From Spirochaetota bacterium (GTDB taxonomy: Bacteria; Spirochaetota; Spirochaetia; Treponematales; UBA12059): DNA of 64,000 bases. The notes under the pieces are model-generated. The model saw only the letters and a list, made by a program, of their open reading frames with translations, did not search any database and had not been told where the DNA came from. The position numbers were made by a program, and so were the translations under genes. This document shows positions 37,126 to 45,677 of this stretch, piece after piece (positions within the stretch are counted from its first letter, which is position 1; each line of letters opens with the position of its first letter). The stretch covers positions 22,469-86,468 of the forward strand of contig JAPLSN010000029.1 in NCBI GenBank assembly GCA_026398615.1, read 5' to 3'.

Positions 37126-38411
37126 AAAGCGCGCCGATGGCCACCGCGGCAGCCATCGCGCTGTCTGCGCTCGTCGCGGTCCCGGCCCAGGACGCCCCTC
37201 CGCCGCGGAGCCCCTCGCTGGACGGGACCGTCGAGTTGTCGGCCGCGGCGGCGCTGCGCGTGCCCTACGAGTCGGGCCCGGACGCCTCGGGGGCTCCGGC
37301 CTTCGGCTTCGAGGAATGGGCCAACCTGCGGCTCCAGGTCCCCGCGGGGGATTACGGGACCGTCCACGCCGCGCTCAACCTCGTCGCCGCTTCGGGCGAA
37401 GCCGCCCTTCCCGTTCCGCCCTTCGTCGAGGCGCCGGGGTACTCCGCCGCCATCGAGCTGGAGCGGCTGTACTGGAAGGCCTCCGCGGAGGCCTTCGACG
37501 CCGAGGCCGGCCTCATGCGCCTGGCATTCGGCTATGGGACGGCCTTCAGCCCGTCGGACTTCCTGGGATCGCGCAACCCGCTCGCGCCCCGCGCCCGGCC
37601 GCGCGGCCGGCTGGCCCTAGCCGCGACCGCGTATCCGGCGGACCCGTGGAAGGCGAAAGCCTTCGTCGTCGCGCCGGACGACAGCCTCTATGACGGAGGA
37701 CGGGGCTTCGTCGCTGGCACAGTCCACGACCTGCACGGGCCGGCCGGCAGCCTCCAGCTCCTGGGCGCCTTCCTGGACGCGGAACCAGCCGGGGACCGCC
37801 CCGACGCGCAGTGGCTCTTTGGCCTGTCGGCCAAGCTCGACGCCGCCGTCGGCGTCGTCCTGGACGCCGCGTACCGCCTGGACACGGGCACCCTGGCGAC
37901 CGGGGAGCGCTTCGACGCCGACTGGCCGGCGTGGCGCGCCATGGAGGCGTCGCTGGGCGTCGACTGGTCCTTCCTGGACGGCGACGTCTACATGACGGCG
38001 GCCTGGCTCTTCAACGGACCGGGCGTGCTGGACCCAGGGGATGATCCCGGGGAGCTCTACCTGGACGGCGCCGATCCGTGGTACGAGACCTCGCCGTACG
38101 GGCGGCTGCCGGCCGCCGGCGCCGTCCCCGGCGCACTCAACGGCCGGCACTACGCCCAGGCGACGCTGCTCTGGTCGGTCGACGACTACACGCGCGCGAC
38201 GTTCTCCGTGCTCGCGTCCCCCTTCGACCTGTCCTTCGTCCCCGCGATCGCGCTCGAGCACGAGCCCGCGCAGGGCCTCGTCCTCGCTGCGGAGTGCCGC
38301 GCCGCGGTCGACGGCCACATCCTGTCCCCGGACGGAAAACGCGGAGAGCTGGGTCCGGACAACACCGGGACCTTCGCGACGCTGTCCCTCAGGGCGACGC
38401 TGAGGTTCTGA
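37122..38411 (+). CDS. Putative outer-membrane beta-barrel protein (hypothetical)
   Basis: Signal peptide, alternating beta pattern, C-terminal aromatic residue (..LRATLRF) typical of the OMP sorting signal; last gene of the YtrA-controlled operon. Confidence 0.5.
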   Translation: MKSAPMATAAAIALSALVAVPAQDAPPPRSPSLDGTVELSAAAALRVPYESGPDASGAPAFGFEEWANLRLQVPAGDYGTVHAALNLVAASGEAALPVPPFVEAPGYSAAIELERLYWKASAEAFDAEAGLMRLAFGYGTAFSPSDFLGSRNPLAPRARPRGRLALAATAYPADPWKAKAFVVAPDDSLYDGGRGFVAGTVHDLHGPAGSLQLLGAFLDAEPAGDRPDAQWLFGLSAKLDAAVGVVLDAAYRLDTGTLATGERFDADWPAWRAMEASLGVDWSFLDGDVYMTAAWLFNGPGVLDPGDDPGELYLDGADPWYETSPYGRLPAAGAVPGALNGRHYAQATLLWSVDDYTRATFSVLASPFDLSFVPAIALEHEPAQGLVLAAECRAAVDGHILSPDGKRGELGPDNTGTFATLSLRATLRF

Positions 38412-38421
38412 GGAGGGCCGT

Positions 38422-39471
38422 TCAACCCTTCAGCCTGCCCACGGGCGCGCAGTAGATCACGAACTCGTCCTCCCCGTCGACGCCGACGATGGCGTCCATG
38501 AGCCCCTGATCGTACGCGCCGATCCCGCAGGTCCCGCAGCCGATGGCGGTGGCGGCCAGGTAGAGGTTCTGCCCGAGATGCCCGGAATCCTGGAGGATGA
38601 TCTTGTGCGCCGCGGTGCAGTAACGCCACTCGGTGCGGTAGGGAATGACGGTCCAGATGAACGTGAGCGGCGCACTTCCGACGAAGTCCTGCTCTCGCGC
38701 GGCTTTAGTCAACGCCGTTTCGAGATCGGCGTCGGGGCGTACGAGGACGAGGTCGTGCTCCACGGGACGGTAGCGCCAGATCCCCGGCGCGATCCCTTCG
38801 ACGTTCCGGACGACGAGCCAGGTTTCGAAGGGATGGCGGGACCCTCCCGACGGAACGTTGCGGAGGGTCGGGTGGCCGGATGTGCCGCCGCGAATCCCCT
38901 GGGTCGCCCAGAGGAGCCATGAAAGCTCCGCTTTCGAGATGGAGCCTTCGCCCCACGAACGGACGCTCTTCCGCCGGGCGATGACATCGTGGATGGAATC
39001 GACCCTGACGACCGAGCGATCCGGCGCGGGGAGCCTCTCGATGGTCGCGCCATCCGGCGTCGCCTTGATGCCGGGGAAGGGAATTCCCATCTTCTGGTCG
39101 GTGACGCAGCCGGCGAGATCGCCGAAATTCGCCTTGAGGATGGAGCGCTGCGCTTTGGCCTTCAGCTTGATCGCGGCGGAACGACCGAGCACCCCGTCGA
39201 ATTCGGACGCGGTCTTTTCGACGAGCGCCTTCATGTCGCCCGACACCGCGGAGACCGTGCCATACTGTCCTTCCATCGCCTCTTCGAGCCGGTTCCTCGC
39301 CGCCCCGACCAGCGTCGCGAGTATCCCGGCCGCCGCTTCCCGCCCCGACAGGGCCAGTTCCTTCGCGAAGGCGCGGGACAGTACGGGGTCGTCGCATGCC
39401 CACGAGCGCTCCGCCACGACGTACGCGCGCTTTTCCTGCGGCCAGGTATCGAGCAGTTCCTTCAAGGTCAT
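38422..39471 (-). CDS. SagB/ThcOx-type dehydrogenase (nitroreductase superfamily) with a ~170-aa N-terminal extension
   Basis: RKSVRSWGEGSISKAELSWLLWATQGIRGG ... RNVPSGGSRHPFETWLVV ... GIWRY are SagB-type dehydrogenase hallmarks. No YcaO or precursor-like ORF nearby. Confidence 0.7.
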   Translation of the reverse strand: MTLKELLDTWPQEKRAYVVAERSWACDDPVLSRAFAKELALSGREAAAGILATLVGAARNRLEEAMEGQYGTVSAVSGDMKALVEKTASEFDGVLGRSAAIKLKAKAQRSILKANFGDLAGCVTDQKMGIPFPGIKATPDGATIERLPAPDRSVVRVDSIHDVIARRKSVRSWGEGSISKAELSWLLWATQGIRGGTSGHPTLRNVPSGGSRHPFETWLVVRNVEGIAPGIWRYRPVEHDLVLVRPDADLETALTKAAREQDFVGSAPLTFIWTVIPYRTEWRYCTAAHKIILQDSGHLGQNLYLAATAIGCGTCGIGAYDQGLMDAIVGVDGEDEFVIYCAPVGRLKG

Positions 39472-39652
39472 CGTTCGCTCCTTCCGGTATCCGTATCTTC
39501 GATCCCGATTCCTGGCCGTCGGGGAGTCGGCGAATCGGTCATCCGCGGCACGTTCCGTCCCGGGGGGAGATTATCATCCATCCGTGACGCACGTGACAAG
39601 GTCGGCATGGCGATCATTGATCGCGATCCGCCGTTCCGTTACACCTTGTTGC

Positions 39653-41440
39653 ATGAACGCAAGGAAATTCCGCGCACTCGCACTCATCGCGTATGCACTG
39701 TCCCTCTCGACGCTTTCCGCCCAGGACGCGAGCGCCTTCTGGCAGCGCTGGGAAACCGCGTCCAAGGCCGGCGACTGGGAAAATGCGGAAGCGGCCATGC
39801 GCGAAGCATTGGCCAGCTACCCCGACCAGGCCGACTTCGGTTCCTGCCTGGCATGGTCGCTGCGACAGCAAGGCCGGCCTGAAGAGGCTGTCGCATTCCT
39901 GGAGCCCTTCTTCACGAAGCAGCCCGGCGAAAAGGCCCTGCGCGAAGGCCTTGCCTACGCGCTCCTCGACATCGGCTGGAAGCGTTATGCGATCCCCGAT
40001 TACGCCGGCGCCGCGGTCCACTTCGCCCGCGCCTTCGCGCTCCTGCCGGACGACCGCTACGTCGCCAACGCGTACGGCTCCGTCCTTCGCGACACGGGCA
40101 GGGTGGATGAATGCCTGCCCATCCTGGAAAAAGCGTACCGCGCCTTCCCCGACGACGCCTACCTGAAACCCAACCTGGCCTATGCCTATATCGTCAAGGC
40201 GAACCTCCTGGCAGCAACCGGCGACCTTGCGGCCGAAGGATTTTTTGCCGAGTCGGCGGCGCTGGATCCGGTTTCGGAAGCCTACCTGGACGGCTGGGGG
40301 AACTACCTGAACGGCCGGAAGCGCCATCGCGAAGCACTGGCCGTCTTCGAGGAATGCCTGCGCAGGTACCCGGAAAACCGTTGGGCCAGGGGCAACATCC
40401 AGTTCGCGCTCCAGGAGATCGAACGCGCGTTGGCCGCTTCCGGCGACGTGGCCGGAGCACTCCGGGAAGCGGAAGCCGCCGCCGCGCGCTACCCCCGCGA
40501 AACGTGGTTCATCCAGGATTGCTTCGACTGGGCGCGCAGGCTCGAGCGTTTCGACCGGGCCGAGCGCTGGCTGACAGCCCTTGCCACGGAACCCGGCCTC
40601 CTCGACTACGGCAAGCCTCTCGCGTACCCGAAGGAAGACCTCGTCCTCCACCGCCTCGGCGGTCTCGTGTGGAAGTATGCCGAACGGCAGGAATTCAAGA
40701 GGGGTTTCGCGCTCATCGACGCCGTCGGGAAGGGATTTCCCGGAGCCCTCTTCATCGAGGAAATCCGGGGGGTACTCCTCTTCCACTCGGGCAAGAAGGA
40801 TGACGGGATCGCCGTCGTCAACCGGGTCTACGAACGGTGGATCAATGACCATCCGGAATTCGCCGAAGCGCTGGTTCTGGCCCTGCCCGTGAAGGGAACC
40901 TGGATCGTGTGGGGCAACAACCGCCCCGACTCGGTGACCCATGCCGGCATGAACCGCTTCTGCTTCGATTTCCTGGGCTCGGACGACGCCGGCTCCACCC
41001 TCATGCCCGGCAGGCCGAACCCGGGCAGGAACGAAGACTACTTCGGCTTCGGGCTGGATGTACTGGCCTCGGCCGACGGCATCGTGGAAAGCGTCGAGGA
41101 CGGCTACCCGGACATCGAGCCCCGGCTCACCCCCATCCTCGGCGACGGGAATGCCGTGGTCATCAAGGACGCGCGAGGTTTCCATTACAACTACGTCCAC
41201 CTGAAAAAGGGCTCGGCCGTCGTCAAGCCCGGCCAGTCCGTGACTGCGGGCCAGAAGATCGCCGAACTTGGCAACTCGGGTTACACCGCAGTCGCCCACC
41301 TCCATTTCGGCGTGTACAGCCCCGACTGGCGCGTGAGCATACCGGTGCGCTTCACGTCATTCTTTTGGAAGGACGGGAGCGGTAACTGGGTCGAAGCGAC
41401 GAATGGGATACCGGGCACGGGAGACGTGATCAGGCGATAG
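39653..41440 (+). CDS. Secreted TPR-repeat protein with a C-terminal M23 (LytM-type) metallopeptidase domain
   Basis: Signal peptide MNARKFRALALIAYALSLSTLSAQ; several TPR-like repeats; M23 motifs GFHYNYVHL and GNSGYTAVAHLHFGV. Track ORF 38858.. is an upstream extension antisense to the SagB-type gene. Confidence 0.8.
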   Translation: MNARKFRALALIAYALSLSTLSAQDASAFWQRWETASKAGDWENAEAAMREALASYPDQADFGSCLAWSLRQQGRPEEAVAFLEPFFTKQPGEKALREGLAYALLDIGWKRYAIPDYAGAAVHFARAFALLPDDRYVANAYGSVLRDTGRVDECLPILEKAYRAFPDDAYLKPNLAYAYIVKANLLAATGDLAAEGFFAESAALDPVSEAYLDGWGNYLNGRKRHREALAVFEECLRRYPENRWARGNIQFALQEIERALAASGDVAGALREAEAAAARYPRETWFIQDCFDWARRLERFDRAERWLTALATEPGLLDYGKPLAYPKEDLVLHRLGGLVWKYAERQEFKRGFALIDAVGKGFPGALFIEEIRGVLLFHSGKKDDGIAVVNRVYERWINDHPEFAEALVLALPVKGTWIVWGNNRPDSVTHAGMNRFCFDFLGSDDAGSTLMPGRPNPGRNEDYFGFGLDVLASADGIVESVEDGYPDIEPRLTPILGDGNAVVIKDARGFHYNYVHLKKGSAVVKPGQSVTAGQKIAELGNSGYTAVAHLHFGVYSPDWRVSIPVRFTSFFWKDGSGNWVEATNGIPGTGDVIRR

Positions 41441-41671
41441 GGGCATCCGACGGTTTGCCGAGATTCACTGCAAGCGTGGCTGTACGCTGCACATTTGCCC
41501 ACTTGCCGCCGCGTCGCGACCCGCGATCGTGATACGAACGCACGATACACCTCGTCGACCCATGCTTCGGAAAAACCTTCGCCTGGCGCCGAATCCGTCC
41601 GATGCGCGGCCCGTCGTAGCCGCCTTCGGCGGCAAGCTGCAGGGAAAGGATTCATGCGTGCACCAACAGGC

Positions 41672-41770
41672 GCACGGCGCTCCAAATCCACTCAGCCCGT
41701 TCCAATGAAAAACACGGGGTGTCCAAGAAGGACACCCCGTGTTTTTTCTCGGGCCGCGTGGATTTGCCCT
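41672..41770. repeat. Copy 1 of a ~70-nt module: plus-strand copy of the tRNA-Pro 3' end (CAAATCCACTCAGCCCG), an identical 50-nt hairpin segment, and a degenerate inverted tRNA-end copy (CGGGCCGCGTGGATTTG)
   Basis: Near-exact copy of ~67 nt at 41878-41944 (ccactcagcccgttccaatgaaaaacacggggtgtccaagaaggacaccccgtgttttttctcggg). Confidence 0.6.
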
Positions 41771-41868
41771 GCACAGGTCGGCATCGTGCCTCCCTGCTCC
41801 GCGCCGCGGCAAGTCGCTGCCGCGCCCTTCCATGGGCGCTCTTCCTCGCTCTGCTCGGCGCGACTTGC

Positions 41869-41937
41869 CGTTCAAACCACTCAGCCCGTTCCAATGAAAA
41901 ACACGGGGTGTCCAAGAAGGACACCCCGTGTTTTTTC
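41869..41937. repeat. Copy 2 of the module: inverted copy of the tRNA-Pro 3' end (GTTCAAACCACTCAGCCCG) plus the terminator hairpin, abutting the true tRNA-Pro gene
   Basis: Together with the tRNA-Pro 3' end (41938-41960) it forms a ~20-bp inverted repeat flanking the hairpin. Confidence 0.6.
41896..41936 (-). terminator. Rho-independent (bidirectional) terminator of the tRNA-Asp/tRNA-Pro transcript
   Basis: Stem ACACGGGGTGTCC / GGACACCCCGTGT, loop AAGAA, flanked by A5 upstream and T6 downstream (U-tracts on both strands); an identical copy lies at about 41700-41745. Confidence 0.7.
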
Positions 41938-42010
41938 TCGGGCTGAGTGGATTTGAACCACCGATCTCTTGGTCCCGAACCAAGCGCGCTAGCCCCTGCG
42001 CTACAGCCCG
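41938..42010 (-). tRNA. tRNA-Pro (anticodon CGG)
   Basis: Hand-folded: acceptor CGGGCUG/CAGCCCG, D-arm GCGC/GCGC, anticodon stem CUUGG/CCAAG with loop UUCGGGA, T-arm GGUGG-UUCAAAU-CCACU, discriminator A; 73 nt, no CCA. Confidence 0.85.
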
Positions 42011-42045
42011 TAAAATAAACCCGCCGGACCGGCCGACGGGATTCT

Positions 42046-42119
42046 CGGGAGCGACGGGTATCGAACCCGCGATCTCCGGCTTGACAGGCCAGCGCGATAA
42101 CCAGCTTCGCTACGCCCCC
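42046..42119 (-). tRNA. tRNA-Asp (anticodon GTC)
   Basis: Hand-folded: acceptor GGGGGCG/CGCUCCC (G4:U69), D-arm GCGA/UCGC, anticodon stem CUGGC/GCCGG with loop CUGUCAA, T-arm GCGGG-UUCGAUA-CCCGU, discriminator G (as expected for Asp); 74 nt. Confidence 0.85.
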
Positions 42120-42141
42120 GTGTCGTGAACCGACAGGCGGT

Positions 42142-42170
42142 ACTATACGTTTCGAGGCGAAACGTGTCAA
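42142..42170 (-). promoter_or_regulatory. Consensus sigma70 promoter TTGACA-17-TATAGT for the tRNA-Asp/tRNA-Pro operon
   Basis: Minus strand: cTTGACAcgtttcgcctcgaaacgTATAGTacc, about 22 nt upstream of the tRNA-Asp 5' end. Confidence 0.6.
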
Positions 42171-42211
42171 GGGAGGCTGGATTCCCATGCCCGTGGCGAC
42201 CGGAACGCCGT

Positions 42212-43438
42212 TCACGACGTGAGGACGACGGCTCCTGATTTTTCGTCGCGGTCGATGGAGCGCGGGGTCAACACTTCGACGAGGCGGCCAGAGGCTTCTT
42301 CGGCCGCGGGGCCGGTGACCAGCGAGTATCCGATCTCGGAGCAGGCGTAGCGGCCCGTTCCCAGCCGGGGAATGCGCATCGCGTCCGAGACCATGCGGAC
42401 GGAAAGGTGGTTCGAGGGCGTCAGGGGATGCTTCGGACCCTCGGACTCGGGCCGTGCTGGGTCGACGAGCAGGTAGCAGAGGGTGAGCCTGTCTTTCGGC
42501 AGCCCGACGTCTTCCGAGAATTTCTCGAGGCGTTTCGGGGCGGCACTGATATCGCACACGAAGTGGCACCACGGCATCTTGACCCGGTGCCGTGGCCGGT
42601 GGACGGGCGGCAGGGCGGACACGGGGATACCCGCATTGTCGGTGTCGAAGCCGCGGAAAGCGCCGGAAACGGGGCAGGCCCGGGCATGGGGACAGGGCGC
42701 CGCGGGATCGGAACCGGACAGGATGAAGGCTTCGCGAATAGCCGAGATGAAGGCGCCGGAGCGCGGCTCGCCGGGTTCGACCACGAGAATTCGTCCGCCG
42801 GGGTTCCTGAAGGAATCGAGCTCGACGGCGAAATCCACGGCCTTTTCCCTGACGGGGCGTCTGTCCTGCCAGAAGGTTTCCGTGAAGACGTTGACCGCGG
42901 TGACGAGATCCGCCGGCGGGAACGTTCGATTCCCGCGGCGTCCCCCGATGACGTCGCGGCGGGTTTCGATCGTCCAGGAGATCGCCTGCCCTGTCGAGCG
43001 CAGGGAGAGGGCGTCGAGGATCGCTTCGCCCGCCTCGAGGACTCGGGCCACACGGTCGACGCAGACTACCTTGAGCTTGCGGGTGCGGAGCTCGGGCCTT
43101 GCGATCCAGAGGGCGATCGGCACGGTGAAGGGGCCGGAACCCAGGTCGAGCAAGGTGGATCCCTCGCGAAGGTCGAAGCGGGGGCCCGCGAACAGGGGGA
43201 CAAGCCTCACGACGTTCCACGGCAGGAAGTAGCGGGCGTACGCGGACAGCGATTCGGGCATGCCGAGGTAGTCGGCCGGGCGGTCCGATCGTTCGCTCGT
43301 CAGCGAAGTCCAGAGATCGCGGACGCTCCTGGCGAGGTCCCGGCGGCGGGTTTTCGGAAGGGGCAGCGCATCGTCGATGGCGTCGACGAGATGCTCCAGG
43401 CAGCGTTTCGCGTCGGGCGGGAAATCGGACCGTTCCAT
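42212..43438 (-). CDS. Rsm22-like (COG5459) SAM-dependent methyltransferase with a C-terminal Cys cluster; the track ORF adds a 95-aa Arg-rich extension to 43723 (start uncertain)
   Basis: MTase fold LLDLGSGPFTVPIAL ... ILVVEPGEPRSG; Cys motif PCPHARACPVSG...WCHFVCD characteristic of the Rsm22 family. Confidence 0.65.
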   Translation of the reverse strand: MERSDFPPDAKRCLEHLVDAIDDALPLPKTRRRDLARSVRDLWTSLTSERSDRPADYLGMPESLSAYARYFLPWNVVRLVPLFAGPRFDLREGSTLLDLGSGPFTVPIALWIARPELRTRKLKVVCVDRVARVLEAGEAILDALSLRSTGQAISWTIETRRDVIGGRRGNRTFPPADLVTAVNVFTETFWQDRRPVREKAVDFAVELDSFRNPGGRILVVEPGEPRSGAFISAIREAFILSGSDPAAPCPHARACPVSGAFRGFDTDNAGIPVSALPPVHRPRHRVKMPWCHFVCDISAAPKRLEKFSEDVGLPKDRLTLCYLLVDPARPESEGPKHPLTPSNHLSVRMVSDAMRIPRLGTGRYACSEIGYSLVTGPAAEEASGRLVEVLTPRSIDRDEKSGAVVLTS

Positions 43439-43742
43439 GACGCGGAAATCGCGCTTTTCATGGACTGCGGGCGCCGGGTTGGACCGGAGGAGGGCGTCGC
43501 GGGGATCGCAGCGTTCGGAAAACGGCTGTTTCACGCCTTTGGCGGGACGACGATCGCGGGTTCCGCGCCGTTGGCCATCGGGTTTCCCGCCTTTTTCGGG
43601 TCCACCGGGGCGGCGGGCACCCGCACTTGAGCCGCTCCGTTCGCGGTTCGGGCGATCGCCCGGTTTTCGTTCGTTCACGACCGGATTCTCGCACGGGACG
43701 GCGAAGCGACGCAATGCCCGCACCCGGCGCGGGGGGCAACCA

Positions 43743-44915
43743 TCACCGGTAGGTGTAGCTTGCCCTCCATGCGTACGCCAGCGCGGGATCGACCGGGTTG
43801 AGGATGGCGACGAAGACGCTCGCGCCCGCGGGAGCCTTGAAGCTCAGCGGGTTCGCCTTGCCCGAAACCATGTTCGTCAGCGTGAAGCTCAACTCGACCT
43901 CGCGATCCCTTGTCATGCCGTTTTCGAAAAAGACGACGACCGTGTCGTCGACGGTCTCGGTCCGGATCGACGGGGCTTCGGCAGGGGCGGCTTTTCCTGA
44001 GTACCCCGCGTAGTCGGCGTCGCGCAAGGATTCCCCGAGAACGACGGACACGGCCGGCAAGCCGGGATGGACGGACAGGTACCACCGGCCCTGCTCGGGG
44101 TCGACGGCGGCGCTGTCCCGTCCTGCGAAGCGGAAAGGGACGGACGAAAGTCCATCCGCGGACGTGGGCAGCATCACGGCGAAGTGGAGGTGCGGACTGC
44201 TCGAGTAGCCCGTATTGCCCGAAAACCCGAGCAAGCCGCCCCGGATCACCCTGTCCCCGGGCGCGACCAGGACGCCGTCCTTCCTGAAGTGCACGTACTC
44301 CGCGAAGGTGCCGTCGTCGTGCATGATTTCCAGAAAATTGCCGTCCGGCCTGGAATCGGGCGTTGGCCCGCCGCGGTCCGAGTCTTCCTTGATCCGGATG
44401 ACGATGCCCGAACGCGCGGCGTGGACGGGTGTCCCGACGGGCATGTCGAAATCCACCGCGAAACGGTCCACCCCGGAGTGGGAAAAGGCCCCGTCAAAGC
44501 CCTGCATGATCCGGAACTTCGCGCCGTGGGCGAAGGGCGGCAAGTAGGGTTCGGCAGGTGCGTGCCGCGCCGTCGAAGGATCGCCCTCGAACCATGAATA
44601 GCGGTATTCGAAGGCGCTCTTCGCGGTATTGTCCCTGACGACCAGCTCCGCCACCCGAACCCGGCGCGAGGACGCAGGCACGACGACCGACAGGGTCGCG
44701 GAAGCGGGCGCCAGGTAATTGTCGATCCGGATGAAGGTGAGGGCAAGGCTCACCGGACAGGGCAGCTCGTTGTCGGCGTACAGCACCGAGCGGTCGGACA
44801 GGTTGTCCGCGGTCATCCGGACGGGTTCGGGCCCGACCGCCCGGGCTGGAACGGGGAAAGCAGCCAGGACGGCGCACAGGAAAGCGGCCGCTGTCGTTCG
44901 AAGTATCGGCTTCAT
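43743..44915 (-). CDS. Secreted M23-family metallopeptidase (paralogue-like of the TPR-M23 gene)
   Basis: Signal peptide MKPILRTTAAAFLCAVLAAFPVPARA; M23 motifs HSGVDRFAVDFDMPVGTPVHAARSG and GNTGYSSSPHLHFAV. Confidence 0.8.
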   Translation of the reverse strand: MKPILRTTAAAFLCAVLAAFPVPARAVGPEPVRMTADNLSDRSVLYADNELPCPVSLALTFIRIDNYLAPASATLSVVVPASSRRVRVAELVVRDNTAKSAFEYRYSWFEGDPSTARHAPAEPYLPPFAHGAKFRIMQGFDGAFSHSGVDRFAVDFDMPVGTPVHAARSGIVIRIKEDSDRGGPTPDSRPDGNFLEIMHDDGTFAEYVHFRKDGVLVAPGDRVIRGGLLGFSGNTGYSSSPHLHFAVMLPTSADGLSSVPFRFAGRDSAAVDPEQGRWYLSVHPGLPAVSVVLGESLRDADYAGYSGKAAPAEAPSIRTETVDDTVVVFFENGMTRDREVELSFTLTNMVSGKANPLSFKAPAGASVFVAILNPVDPALAYAWRASYTYR

Positions 44916-45086
44916 GCAGTCAGTATAACGCGACAGCGACATTTACAAACAGGTTCCCATGTGCTAGCCTGAAAAGTCGGGCCGCCCGGGAAGAAGGACG
45001 GCGACCGGCAAGGCTGGAAATCCATCAAGCCGATTTCGAAAACGACCGATTCCGGAATCGGAAACGCCCGCAAGGAGGAATTTCGC

Positions 45087-45599
45087 ATGAAAAGGCTCAT
45101 CATCGCCGTTTGCGCGCTCGCCGCGCTGTTCGCGCTGGGATCGTGCACGCTCAAGACCGTGAAAGTGGACGAAACCGCCGCTTCCGGGTACGACTACATC
45201 CTGGACAACATGAAGGTCTCCTCGGGCGTCTGGAGCAATAACTGGGCAACCGCCTTCGACGAGGCCCGCAAGGACTTCGTCCCCGTGGTAAGCTCCCGGA
45301 AATACGACAATCTCGAAATCTACCTCGGCGAAATCCACGCGCGCGATCTCGTGTTCGACGTGGCGAAGGACGACGACAACGTCTACTTCGAAATGTACAT
45401 GGTCTACACCGACTCCAGCGGCGCGGACGTCGCCAGGCTCCTCACCGGTGCCGACAAGGGGCTCATCTTCACCGTGAGCCGGGCGGGCTGGAACGTCCGG
45501 CTCGATTTCGACAACATGCCCCCGACCACCAAGGCGCTCAAGATAAAGATACAGAAAGGACGCGAAAACAAATACGTCGACGCCAGGTTCGACGCCTGA
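45087..45599 (+). CDS. Putative lipoprotein (170 aa)
   Basis: Signal peptide with a lipobox-like LGSC; AGGAGGAAtttcgcATG SD. Confidence 0.6.
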   Translation: MKRLIIAVCALAALFALGSCTLKTVKVDETAASGYDYILDNMKVSSGVWSNNWATAFDEARKDFVPVVSSRKYDNLEIYLGEIHARDLVFDVAKDDDNVYFEMYMVYTDSSGADVARLLTGADKGLIFTVSRAGWNVRLDFDNMPPTTKALKIKIQKGRENKYVDARFDA

Positions 45600-45677
45600 C
45601 AGGCATCGTTCGATCCGAATCCGACGGCGCCCGTGCGGCGCCGTTCTCGTAACCGCCGTATTCTCCGCAAACGGCGG

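Noticed and set aside
41752-41868. Spacer between the two repeat modules as a possible degenerate tRNA or tmRNA
   Set aside because: It cannot be folded into a cloverleaf. Only the first ~17 nt resemble the tRNA-Pro 3' end, and the rest is an imperfect long GC hairpin. There is no tmRNA tag-ORF or resume codon context.
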